A stretch of DNA of 64,000 bases. Source: the human T2T-CHM13v2.0 reference genome, Homo sapiens. The stretch is from assembly GCF_009914755.1 (NCBI RefSeq), contig NC_060948.1. One strand, written 5' to 3'. A model generated the notes under the pieces. That model was not told the DNA's origin. It did not search any database and was given only the letters and a program-made list of their open reading frames with translations. The position numbers and the translations under genes were made by a program. Position 1 is the stretch's first letter; the number at the start of each line of letters is the position of its first letter. Shown in pieces: positions 25,658 through 39,960 of the stretch.

Positions 25658-28600
25658 GGCCTGGAATAAAGTGGAATGCTACGGTCTCGAATGGAATAAA
25701 AATGTATGGAATGGAATGCAATGAAACGGAATCGAATGTCATAGAATGTAATGGAATGCAAAAAAATGGAATCCAAAATCATTGACTGGAAAGGCTGGGT
25801 GTCGAAAGGAATTGACTCCAATGGAATGGAATCGAATGGAATGGAAGTGAATAGAATCGAACTAAATCGAATGGAATGGAATTGATAGGAACGGAATGGA
25901 AAGGAATGCAATGATTTGGCATGGAATGGAATCGAATGGCATCGAATGGAATGGAATGGAATGCAATGGAATGGAATGTATTAGAATGTAATGAACTTTA
26001 ATGGAATGTACTCGAATGGATTCGACTGGAATGGAATATTCTGGAAGTGAATGGACTCCAATGGAATGGATTCAAAAGGAATGGAATCGTACGGAATGGA
26101 ATCTAATGGAATGGAATTAAATGGAAATGAAGCAAATTGAATAGCACGGAATTGAATTGAATGGAATGGCATGCAATGGAATCTAATGAAACGGAAAGGA
26201 AAGGAATGGAATGGAATGGAATGGGCTGGAATGGAAAGGAATCGAAACGAATGGAATGGAATCGAACTGAAGAGACTGGAATGGAATGCACTGGAATGGA
26301 AGGGAGTGTAATGGAAGGTTCTCGAAAAAAATGGAATCGAATGGAATGGAATTGAATGGAACGGAATAGAGTCGAATGGAATTGAATGGAATGGAATGGA
26401 CTAGAGTGAAATGGAATCGAACCACAAGGAATGGACAGGAATAGAATGGTCTCGAATTGAATGGAATCGTATGGAATGGCATCAAACGGAATGGAATGGA
26501 CAGCCACGGAATGGAATGCACTCGAATGCAATGGAGTCGAAACTAATGGACTGGAATAGAATGGACTCGACTGGTACGGACTCCAATGGAATGGAATCGA
26601 ATGGAAGGGAATCGAACGGAATGGACTCGAAGGGAAAAGACTGCAATGGAAAGGTCTCGAATGGAATGGAAATTAATGGAATGGAATGGAATCGAATGAA
26701 ATGGAGTCAAAAGGAATGGAATCGAATGGCAAGAAATCGAATGTAATGGAATCGCAAGGAATTGATGTGAACGGAACGGAATGGAATGGAATCCAAAGGA
26801 ATGGAATAGAATGGAATGGAATCGAATGGAAAGGACTCGAATGGAAATCACTCGAATAGAATGCAATTTAATAAAATAGGATCAAATGTAATGGAATGGA
26901 ATGGAAAGGAATCGAAACGAAAGGAATGGAGACAGATGGAATGGAATGGAACAGAGAGCAATGGTATAGAATGGAATGGAATCATCTGGAATGGAATTGA
27001 ATGGAATGGAATAATATGAAATGGAATGGAATGGAATGCCCTTGAATTAAATGGACTGGAATGGAATGGACTCGAACAGAGTGGAATGGAAAGTGTTGAG
27101 ATAGAATGGAATGGACTCCTTCGGAATGGTCTAGTATGCAATGCAATCGACTGGCAGGGAATCAAAAGGAATATAATGGAATGGATTGGACTGGAATGCA
27201 ATGGACTCGAATAGATTGGAAACGGAATGCAAAGGAATGGAATGGAATAGTATGGAATGGAATGGAAAGGAATGGAGTGGAATAGACTAGAGTGGAATGG
27301 AATGGACTGGAAAGCAATGGACTGGAATGGAACTTTCTTGAATGGACTGGAATCAAACGGAATGGAATGCAATGCAATCAAATGGCATGGAATAAAATAG
27401 AATGAAAGAGAATCAAATGGAATTGAATCGAATGGAATCGAATGGATTGGAAAGGAATAGAATGGAATGGAATGGAATTGACTCAAATGGAATGGACTAG
27501 AATGGAATGGATTCGAATGGAAGGCAAAGGAATGGAATCTATTGGAATGGACTGTAATGGAATGGAATGGAAGGGATTGGAATGGACTCGAATGGAATGG
27601 ACTGCCATAGAAAGGATTCGAATGGAATGAAAAAGAATTGAATGGAATACAACAGAATGGAATCAAATCGAATGAAATGGAATGGAATAGAAAGGAATGG
27701 AATGAAATGGAATGGAAAGGATTCGAATGGAATGCAATCGAATGGAATGGAATCGAACGGAATGGAATAAAATGGAAGAAAACTGGCAAGAAATGGAATC
27801 GAAATGAATGGAGTGTTATGGAACGGACTCAAAAGGAATTGAATGTAATAGAATGGAGTGGAGTGGACTCGAATATAATGGACTGGAATGGAATGAAATC
27901 ACATGGAATGGGAACGAATGGAATGGAATGGAAAGGAATGGAATCGAATGGAAAGGAATCGAATGGAAGGGAATGAAATTGAATCAACAGGAATGGAAGG
28001 GAATAGAATAGACGGTAATGGAATGGACTCGAATAGAATGGACACGAATGCTCAAATTGAATGGACTCGAATGGAATGGAAACGAAAGGAATGTCATCGA
28101 ATGGAATTGAATCGATTGGAATGAAATCGCATAGAATGGAGTGGAATCAAATGGAATTGAATCGAAAGGAAAGGAAGCGAATGGACTGAAATGAAATGGA
28201 ATGGAATTGAATGGAAAGTAATGCAATGGAATAGAATGGAACGAAATTTCACGGAATGGAATCAAACTGAATGGAATCAAATCAATGGAATCAAATCAAA
28301 TGGAATAGAAAGGAATTGAATGGAGTAGATTGGATTGGATGGGATTGGAATGAAATGTACTGGAAAGGACTCGAATTTCATGAAACGGAATGGAATGAAT
28401 TGGAACGGAATGGACTCGAATGGAATGGAATGTCATGGAATGGCATCAAATGGAATGGCATCAAATGGAATGGAATCGAATGCAATGGAATGCTATGGAA
28501 TGGAATGGAATGCATTGGAATGGAATGTCCTCTAATGGAATGGATTCGAGTGGAATGGAATCGAATATAATGGAGTCGAATGAAATGGAATTGAAAGGAA

Positions 28601-29225
28601 TGGGAACGAATAGAATGGAATATACTGGAATGTAATGTAATGAACTGGAATGTAATTGACTGGATTGGAATGTACATGAATGGAATGTAATCGAATGGAA
28701 AGTAATCCAATGGAATAGAATCTAATGCAATAAAATCGACTCAGATAGAGTAGAATGTAATGGAATGGAGTGCAGTGCAATGGAATGGAATGGAATGGAA
28801 TGCAATGGAATGGAATGGAATGGAATGGAATGGAATGGAATGGAATGGAATGGGATGGAATGGGATGGAATGGTATGGAATGGATAGTAATGGACTGGAG
28901 TGAAATGGACTGGAAAGGAATGGACTCAAATTGAAAGGGCTCGAAAGAATGGAGTCAAATGGAATGGTCTGGAATGGAATGAACACGAATGTAATGCAAT
29001 CCAATAAAATGGAGTCGAATGGCATGGAATATAAAGAAATGGAATCGAAGAGAATGGAAACAATTGGAATGGAATTGAATGGAATGGAATTGAATGGAAT
29101 GGGAACGAATGGAGTGAAATTGTATGCAGTAGAAGAGAATAGAATGGAATGGAAGCGAAAGGAAAGGAATGGATTGGAATGGAATGGAATTCATTGGAAT
29201 GGAAGGGAATGTAGTGTAATGGACA
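25658..29225 (+). repeat. DYZ1 unit, 3568 bp
   Basis: GGCC 25658 to 29226; 1-bp deletion (CGAAAGAATGG) near 28947. Confidence 0.92.
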
Positions 29226-32200
29226 GGCCTGGAATAAAGTGGAATGCTACGGTCTCGAATGGAATAAAAATGTATGGAATGGAATGCAATGAAACGGAAT
29301 CGAATGTCATAGAATGTAATGGAATGCAAAAAAATGGAATCCAAAATCATTGACTGGAAAGGCTGGGTGTCGAAAGGAATTGACTCCAATGGAATGGAAT
29401 CGAATGGAATGGAAGTGAATAGAATCGAACTAAATCGAATGGAATGGAATTGATAGGAACGGAATGGAAAGGAATGCAATGATTTGGCATGGAATGGAAT
29501 CGAATGGCATCGAATGGAATGGAATGGAATGCAATGGAATGGAATGTATTAGAATGTAATGAACTTTAATGGAATGTACTCGAATGGATTCGACTGGAAT
29601 GGAATATTCTGGAAGTGAATGGACTCCAATGGAATGGATTCAAAAGGAATTGAATCGTACGGAATGGAATCTAATGGAATGGAATTAAATGGAAATGAAG
29701 CAAATTGAATAGCACGGAATTGAATTGAATGGAATGGCATGCAATGGAATCTAATGAAACGGAAAGGAAAGGAATGGAATGGAATGGAATGGGCTGGAAT
29801 GGAAAGGAATCGAAACGAATGGAATGGAATCGAACTGAAGAGACTGGAATGGAATGCACTGGAATGGAAGGGAGTGTAATGGAAGGTTCTCGAAAAAAAT
29901 GGAATCGAATGGAATGGAATTGAATGGAACGGAATAGAGTCGAATGGAATTGAATGGAATGGAATGGACTAGAGTGAAATGGAATCGAACCACAAGGAAT
30001 GGACAGGAATAGAATGGTCTCGAATTGAATGGAATCGTATGGAATGGCATCAAACGGAATGGAATGGACAGCCACGGAATGGAATGCACTCGAATGCAAT
30101 GGAGTCGAAACTAATGGACTGGAATAGAATGGACTCGACTGGTACGGACTCCAATGGAATGGAATCGAATGGAAGGGAATCGAACGGAATGGACTCGAAG
30201 GGAAAAGACTGCAATGGAAAGGTCTCGAATGGAATGGAAATTAATGGAATGGAATGGAATCGAATGAAATGGAGTCAAAAGGAATGGAATCGAATGGCAA
30301 GAAATCGAATGTAATGGAATCGCAAGGAATTGATGTGAACGGAACGGAATGGAATGGAATCCAAAGGAATGGAATAGAATGGAATGGAATCGAATGGAAA
30401 GGACTCGAATGGAAATCACTCGAATAGAATGCAATTTAATAAAATAGGATCAAATGGAATGGAATGGAATGGAAAGGAATCGAAACGAAAGGAATGGAGA
30501 CAGATGGAATGGAATGGAACAGAGAGCAATGGTATAGAATGGAATGGAATCATCTGGAATGGAATTGAATGGAATGGAATAATATGAAATGGAATGGAAT
30601 GGAATGCCCTTGAATTAAATGGACTGGAATGGAATGGACTCGAACAGAGTGGAATGGAAAGTGTTGAGATAGAATGGAATGGACTCCTTCGGAATGGTCT
30701 AGTATGCAATGCAATCGACTGGCAGGGAATCAAAAGGAATATAATGGAATGGATTGGACTGGAATGCAATGGACTCGAATAGATTGGAAACGGAATGCAA
30801 AGGAATGGAATGGAATAGTATGGAATGGAATGGAAAGGAATGGAGTGGAATAGACTAGAGTGGAATGGAATGGACTGGAAAGCAATGGACTGGAATGGAA
30901 CTTTCTTGAATGGACTGGAATCAAACGGAATGGAATGCAATGCAATCAAATGGCATGGAATAAAATAGAATGAAAGAGAATCAAATGGAATTGAATCGAA
31001 TGGAATCGAATGGATTGGAAAGGAATAGAATGGAATGGAATGGAATTGACTCAAATGGAATGGACTAGAATGGAATGGATTCGAATGGAAGGCAAAGGAA
31101 TGGAATCTATTGGAATGGACTGTAATGGAATGGAATGGAAGGGATTGGAATGGACTCGAATGGAATGGACTGCCATAGAAAGGATTCGAATGGAATGAAA
31201 AAGAATTGAATGGAATAGAACAGAATGGAATCAAATCGAATGAAATGGAATGGAATAGAAAGGAATGGAATGAAATGGAATGGAAAGGATTCGAATGGAA
31301 TGCAATCGAATGGAATGGAATCGAACGGAATGGAATAAAATGGAAGAAAACTGGCAAGAAATGGAATCGAAATGAATGGAGTGTTATGGAACGGACTCAA
31401 AAGGAATTGAATGTAATAGAATGGAGTGGAGTGGACTCGAATATAATGGACTGGAATGGAATGAAATCACATGGAATGGGAACGAATGGAATGGAATGGA
31501 AAGGAATGGAATCGAATGGAAAGGAATCGAATGGAAGGGAATGAAATTGAATCAACAGGAATGGAAGGGAATAGAATAGACGGTAATGGAATGGACTCGA
31601 ATAGAATGGACACGAATGCTCAAATTGAATGGACTCGAATGGAATGGAAACGAAAGGAATGTCATCGAATGGAATTGAATCGATTGGAATGAAATCGCAT
31701 AGAATGGAGTGGAATCAAATGGAATTGAATCGAAAGGAAAGGAAGCGAATGGACTGAAATGAAATGGAATGGAATTGAATGGAAAGTAATGCAATGGAAT
31801 AGAATGGAACGAAATTTCACGGAATGGAATCAAACTGAATGGAATCAAATCAATGGAATCAAATCAAATGGAATAGAAAGGAATTGAATGGAGTAGATTG
31901 GATTGGATGGGATTGGAATGAAATGTACTGGAAAGGACTCGAATTTCATGAAACGGAATGGAATGAATTGGAACGGAATGGACTCGAATGGAATGGAATG
32001 TCATGGAATGGCATCAAATGGAATGGCATCAAATGGAATGGAATCGAATGCAATGGAATGCTATGGAATGGAATGGAATGCATTGGAATGGAATGTCCTC
32101 TAATGGAATGGATTCGAGTGGAATGGAATCGAATATAATGGAGTCGAATGAAATGGAATTGAAAGGAATGGGAACGAATAGAATGGAATATACTGGAATG

Positions 32201-32798
32201 TAATGTAATGAACTGGAATGTAATTGACTGGAATGGAATGTACATGAATGGAATGTAATCGAATGGAAAGTAATCCAATGGAATAGAATCTAATGCAATA
32301 AAATCGACTCAGATAGAGTAGAATGTAATGGAATGGAGTGCAGTGCAATGGAATGGAATGGAATGGAATGCAATGGAATGGAATGGAATGGAATGGAATG
32401 GAATGGAATGGAATGGAATGGAATGGGATGGAATGGGATGGAATGGTATGGAATGGATAGTAATGGACTGGAGTGAAATGGACTGGAAAGGAATGGACTC
32501 AAATTGAAAGGGCTCGAAAGAATGGAGTCAAATGGAATGGTCTGGAATGGAATGAACACGAATGTAATGCAATCCAATAGAATGGAATCGAATGGCATGG
32601 AATATAAAGAAATGGAATTGAAGAGAATGGAAACAAATGGAATGGAATTGAATGGAATGGAATTGAATGGAATGGGAACGAATGGAGTGAAATTGTATGC
32701 AGTAGAAGAGAATAGAATGGAATGCAAGCGAAAGGAAAGGAATGGATTGGAATGGAATGGAATTCATTGGAATGGAAGGGAATGTAGTGTAATGGACA
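29226..32798 (+). repeat. DYZ1 unit, 3573 bp
   Basis: GGCC 29226 to 32799; same 1-bp deletion near 32520. Confidence 0.92.
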
Positions 32799-35700
32799 GG
32801 CCTGGAATAAAGTGGAATGCTACGGTCTCGAATGGAATAAAAATGTATGGAATGGAATGCAATGAAACGGAATCGAATGTCATAGAATGTAATGGAATGC
32901 AAAAAAATGGAATCCAAAATCATTGACTGGAAAGGCTGGGTGTCGAAAGGAATTGACTCCAATGGAATGGAATCGAATGGAATGGAAGTGAATAGAATCA
33001 AACTAAATCGAATGGAATGGAATTGATAGGAACGGAATGGAAAGGAATGCAATGATTTGGCATGGAATGGAATCGAATGGCATCGAATGGAATGGAATGG
33101 AATGCAATGGAATGGAATGTATTAGAATGTAATGAACTTTAATGGAATGTACTCGAATGGATTCGACTGGAATGGAATGTTCTGGAAGTGAATGGACTCC
33201 AATGGAATGGATTCAAAAGGAATGGAATCGTACGGAATGGAATCTAATGGAATGGAATTAAATGGAAATGAATCAAATTGAATAGCACGGAATTGACTTG
33301 AATGGAATGGAATGCAATGGAATCTAATGAAACGGAAAGGAAAGGAATGGAATGGAATGGAATGGGCTGGAATGGAAAGGAATCGAAACGAATGGAATGG
33401 AATCGAACTGAAGAGACTGGAATGGAATGCACTGGAATGGAAGGGAGTGTAATGGAAGGTTCTCGAAAAAAATGGAATCGAATGGAATGGAATTGAATGG
33501 AACGGAATAGAGTCGAATGGAATTGAATGGAATGGAATGGACTAGAGTGAAATGGAATCGAACCACAAGGAATGGACAGGAATAGAATGGTCTCGAATTG
33601 AATGGAATCGTATGGAATGGCATCAAACGGAATGGAATGGACAGCCACGGAATGGAATGCACTCGAATGCAATGGAGTCGAAACTAATGGACTGGAATAG
33701 AATGGACTCGACTGGTACGGACTCCAATGGAATGGAATCGAATGGAAGGGAATCGAACGGAATGGACTCGAAGGGAAAAGACTGCAATGGAAAGGTCTCG
33801 AATGGAATGGAAATTAATGGAATGGAATGGAATCGAATGAAATGGAGTCAAAAGGAATGGAATCGAATGGCAAGAAATCGAATGTAATGGAATCGCAAGG
33901 AATTGATGTGAACGGAACGGAATGGAATGGAATCCAAAGGAATGGAATAGAATGGAATGGAATCGAATGGAAAGGACTCGAATGGAAATCACTCGAATAG
34001 AATGCAATTTAATAAAATAGGATCAAATGTAATGGAATGGAATGGAAAGGAATCGAAACGAAAGGAATGGAGACAGATGGAATGGAATGGAACAGAGAGC
34101 AATGGTATAGAATGGAATGGAATCATCTGGAATGGAATTGAATGGAATGGAATAATATGAAATGGAATGGAATGGAATGGAATGGAATGCCCTTGAATTA
34201 AATGGACTGGAATGGAATGGACTCGAACAGAGTGGAATGGAAAGTGTTGAGATAGAATGGAATGGACTCCTTTGGAATGGTGTAGTATGCAATGCAATCG
34301 ACTGGCAGGGAATCAAAAGGAATGTAATCGAATGGATTGGACTGGAATGCAATGGACTCGAATAGATTGGAAACGGAATGCAAAGGAATGGAATGGAATA
34401 GTATGGAATGGAATGGAAAGGAATGGAGTGGAATAGACTAGAGTGGAATGGAATGGACTGGAAAGCAATGGACTGGAATGGAACTTTCTTGAATGGACTG
34501 GAATCAAACGGAATGGAATGCAATGCAATCAAATGGCATGGAATAAAATAGAATGAAAGAGAATCAAATGGAATTGAATCGAATGGAATCGAATGGATTG
34601 GAAAGGAATAGAATGGAATGGAATGGAATTGACTCAAATGGAATGGACTAGAATGGAATGGATTCGAATGGAAGGCAAAGGAATGGAATCTATTGGAATG
34701 GACTGTAATGGAATGGAATGGAAGGGATTGGAATGGACTCGAATGGATTGGACTGCAATAGAAAGGATTCGAATGGAATGAAAAAGAATTGAATGGAATA
34801 GAACAGAATGGAATCAAATCGAATGAAATGGAATGGAATAGAAAGGAATGGAATGAAATGGAATGGAAAGGATTCGAATGGAATGCAATCGAATGGAATG
34901 GAATCGAACGGAATGGAATAAAATGGAAGAAAACTGGCAAGAAATGGAATCGAAATGAATGGAGTGTTATGGAACGGACTCAAAAGGAATTGAATGTAAT
35001 AGAATGGAGTGGAGTGGACTCGAATATAATGGACTGGAATGGAATGAAATCACATGGAATGGGAACGAATGGAATGGAATGGAAAGGAATGGAATCGAAT
35101 GGAAAGGAATCGAATGGAAGGGAATGAAATTGAATCAACAGGAATGGAAGGGAATAGAATAGACGGTAATGGAATGGACTCGAATAGAATGGACACGAAT
35201 GCTCAAATTGAATGGACTCGAATGGAATGGAAACGAAAGGAATGTCATCGAATGGAATTGAATCGATTGGAATGAAATCGCATAGAATGGAGTGGAATCA
35301 AATGGAATTGAATCGAAAGGAAAGGAAGCGAATGGACTGAAATGAAATGGAATGGAATTGAATGGAAAGTAATGCAATGGAATAGAATGGAACGAAATTT
35401 CACGGAATGGAATCAAACTGAATGGAATCAAATCAATGGAATCAAATCAAATGGAATGGAAAGGAATTGAATGGAGTAGATTGGATTGGATGGGATTGGA
35501 ATGAAATGTACTGGAAAGGACTCGAATTTCATGAAACGGAATGGAATGAATTGGAACGGAATGGACTCGAATGGAATGGAATGTCATGGAATGGCATCAA
35601 ATGGAATGGCATCAAATGGAATGGAATCGAATGCAATGGAATGCTATGGAATGGAATGGAATGCATTGGAATGGAATGTCCTCTAATGGAATGGATTCGA

Positions 35701-36392
35701 GTGGAATGGAATCGAATATAATGGAGTCGAATGAAATGGAATTGAAAGGAATGGGATCGAATAGAATGGAATATACTGGAATGTAATGTAATGAACTCGA
35801 ATGTAATTGACTGGAATGGAATGTACATGAATGGAATGTAATCGAATGGAAAGTAATCCAATGGAATAGAATCTAATGCAATAAAATCGACTCAGATAGA
35901 GTAGAATGTAATGGAATGGAGTGCAGTGCAATGGAATGGAATGGAATGGAATGCAATGGAATGGAATGGAATGGAATGGAATGGAATGGAATTCTATGGA
36001 ATGGAATGGAATGGAATGGAATGGGATGGGATGGAATTGTATGGAATGGATAGTAATGGACTGGAGTGAAATGGACTGGAAAGGAATGGACTCAAATTGA
36101 AAGGGCTCGAAAGGAATGGAGACAAATGGAATGGTCTGGAATGGAATGAACACGAATGTAATGCAATCCAATAAAATGGAGTCGAATGGCATGGAATATA
36201 AAGAAATGGAATCGAAGAGAATGGAAACAATTGGAATGGAATTGAATGGAATGGAATTGAATGGAATGGGAACGAATGGAGTGAAATTGTATGCAGTAGA
36301 AGAGAATAGAATGGAATGGAAGCGAAAGGAAAGGAATGGATTGGAATGGAATGGAATTCATTGGAATGGAAGGGAATGTAGTGTAATGGACA
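32799..36392 (+). repeat. DYZ1 unit, 3594 bp
   Basis: GGCC 32799 to 36393; extra GAATTC at 35989. Confidence 0.92.
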
Positions 36393-39300
36393 GGCCTGGA
36401 ATAAAGTGGAATGCTACGGTCTCGAATGGAATAAAAATGTATGGAATGGAATGCAATGAAACGGAATCGAATGTCATAGAATGTAATGGAATGCAAAAAA
36501 ATGGAATCCAAAATCATTGACTGGAAAGGCTGGGTGTCGAAAGGAATTGACTCCAATGGAATGGAATCGAATGGAATGGAAGTGAATAGAATCGAACTAA
36601 ATCGAATGGAATGGAATTGATAGGAACGGAATGGAAAGGAATGCAATGATTTGGCATGGAATGGAATCGAATGGCATCGAATGGAATGGAATGGAATGCA
36701 ATGGAATGGAATGTATTAGAATGTAATGAACTTTAATGGAATGTACTCGAATGGATTCGACTGGAATGGAATATTCTGGAAGTGAATGGACTCCAATGGA
36801 ATGGATTCAAAAGGAATTGAATCGTACGGAATGGAATCTAATGGAATGGAATTAAATGGAAATGAAGCAAATTGAATAGCACGGAATTGAATTGAATGGA
36901 ATGGCATGCAATGGAATCTAATGAAACGGAAAGGAAAGGAATGGAATGGAATGGAATGGGCTGGAATGGAAAGGAATCGAAACGAATGGAATGGAATCGA
37001 ACTGAAGAGACTGGAATGGAATGCACTGGAATGGAAGGGAGTGTAATGGAAGGTTCTCGAAAAAAATGGAATCGAATGGAATGGAATTGAATGGAACGGA
37101 ATAGAGTCGAATGGAATTGAATGGAATGGAATGGACTAGAGTGAAATGGAATCGAACCACAAGGAATGGACAGGAATAGAATGGTCTCGAATTGAATGGA
37201 ATCGTATGGAATGGCATCAAACGGAATGGAATGGACAGCCACGGAATGGAATGCACTCGAATGCAATGGAGTCGAAACTAATGGACTGGAATAGAATGGA
37301 CTCGACTGGTACGGACTCCAATGGAATGGAATCGAATGGAAGGGAATCGAACGGAATGGACTCGAAGGGAAAAGACTGCAATGGAAAGGTCTCGAATGGA
37401 ATGGAAATTAATGGAATGGAATGGAATCGAATGAAATGGAGTCAAAAGGAATGGAATCGAATGGCAAGAAATCGAATGTAATGGAATCGCAAGGAATTGA
37501 TGTGAACGGAACGGAATGGAATGGAATCCAAAGGAATGGAATAGAATGGAATGGAATCGAATGGAAAGGACTCGAATGGAAATCACTCGAATAGAATGCA
37601 ATTTAATAAAATAGGATCAAATGGAATGGAATGGAATGGAAAGGAATCGAAACGAAAGGAATGGAGACAGATGGAATGGAATGGAACAGAGAGCAATGGT
37701 ATAGAATGGAATGGAATCATCTGGAATGGAATTGAATGGAATGGAATAATATGAAATGGAATGGAATGGAATGCCCTTGAATTAAATGGACTGGAATGGA
37801 ATGGACTCGAACAGAGTGGAATGGAAAGTGTTGAGATAGAATGGAATGGACTCCTTCGGAATGGTCTAGTATGCAATGCAATCGACTGGCAGGGAATCAA
37901 AAGGAATATAATGGAATGGATTGGACTGGAATGCAATGGACTCGAATAGATTGGAAACGGAATGCAAAGGAATGGAATGGAATAGTATGGAATGGAATGG
38001 AAAGGAATGGAGTGGAATAGACTAGAGTGGAATGGAATGGACTGGAAAGCAATGGACTGGAATGGAACTTTCTTGAATGGACTGGAATCAAACGGAATGG
38101 AATGCAATGCAATCAAATGGCATGGAATAAAATAGAATGAAAGAGAATCAAATGGAATTGAATCGAATGGAATCGAATGGATTGGAAAGGAATAGAATGG
38201 AATGGAATGGAATTGACTCAAATGGAATGGACTAGAATGGAATGGATTCGAATGGAAGGCAAAGGAATGGAATCTATTGGAATGGACTGTAATGGAATGG
38301 AATGGAAGGGATTGGAATGGACTCGAATGGAATGGACTGCCATAGAAAGGATTCGAATGGAATGAAAAAGAATTGAATGGAATAGAACAGAATGGAATCA
38401 AATCGAATGAAATGGAATGGAATAGAAAGGAATGGAATGAAATGGAATGGAAAGGATTCGAATGGAATGCAATCGAATGGAATGGAATCGAACGGAATGG
38501 AATAAAATGGAAGAAAACTGGCAAGAAATGGAATCGAAATGAATGGAGTGTTATGGAACGGACTCAAAAGGAATTGAATGTAATAGAATGGAGTGGAGTG
38601 GACTCGAATATAATGGACTGGAATGGAATGAAATCACATGGAATGGGAACGAATGGAATGGAATGGAAAGGAATGGAATCGAATGGAAAGGAATCGAATG
38701 GAAGGGAATGAAATTGAATCAACAGGAATGGAAGGGAATAGAATAGACGGTAATGGAATGGACTCGAATAGAATGGACACGAATGCTCAAATTGAATGGA
38801 CTCGAATGGAATGGAAACGAAAGGAATGTCATCGAATGGAATTGAATCGATTGGAATGAAATCGCATAGAATGGAGTGGAATCAAATGGAATTGAATCGA
38901 AAGGAAAGGAAGCGAATGGACTGAAATGAAATGGAATGGAATTGAATGGAAAGTAATGCAATGGAATAGAATGGAACGAAATTTCACGGAATGGAATCAA
39001 ACTGAATGGAATCAAATCAATGGAATCAAATCAAATGGAATGGAAAGGAATTGAATGGAGTAGATTGGATTGGATGGGATTGGAATGAAATGTACTGGAA
39101 AGGACTCGAATTTCATGAAACGGAATGGAATGAATTGGAACGGAATGGACTCGAATGGAATGGAATGTCATGGAATGGCATCAAATGGAATGGCATCAAA
39201 TGGAATGGAATCGAATGCAATGGAATGCTATGGAATGGAATGGAATGCATTGGAATGGAATGTCCTCTAATGGAATGGATTCGAGTGGAATGGAATCGAA

Positions 39301-39960
39301 TATAATGGAGTCGAATGAAATGGAATTGAAAGGAATGGGAACGAATAGAATGGAATATACTGGAATGTAATGTAATGAACTGGAATGTAATTGACTGGAA
39401 TGGAATGTACATGAATGGAATGTAATCGAATGGAAAGTAATCCAATGGAATAGAATCTAATGCAATAAAATCGACTCAGATAGAGTAGAATGTAATGGAA
39501 TGGAGTGCAGTGCAATGGAATGGAATGGAATGGAATGCAATGGAATGGAATGGAATGGAACGGAATGGAATGGAATGGAATGGAATGGGATGGAATGGGA
39601 TGGAATGGTATGGAATGGATAGTAATGGACTGGAGTGAAATGGACTGGAAAGGAATGGACTCAAATTGAAAGGGCTCGAAAGAATGGAGTCAAATGGAAT
39701 GGTCTGGAATGGAATGAACACGAATGTAATGCAATCCAATAGAATGGAATCGAATGGCATGGAATATAAAGAAATGGAATTGAAGAGAATGGAAACAAAT
39801 GGAATGGAATTGAATGGAATGGAATTGAATGGAATGGGAACGAATGGAGTGAAATTGTATGCAGTAGAAGAGAATAGAATGGAATGCAAGCGAAAGGAAA
39901 GGAATGGATTGGAATGGAATGGAATTCATTGGAATGGAAGGGAATGTAGTGTAATGGACA
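36393..39960 (+). repeat. DYZ1 unit, 3568 bp
   Basis: GGCC 36393 to 39961; same 1-bp deletion near 39682. Confidence 0.92.
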
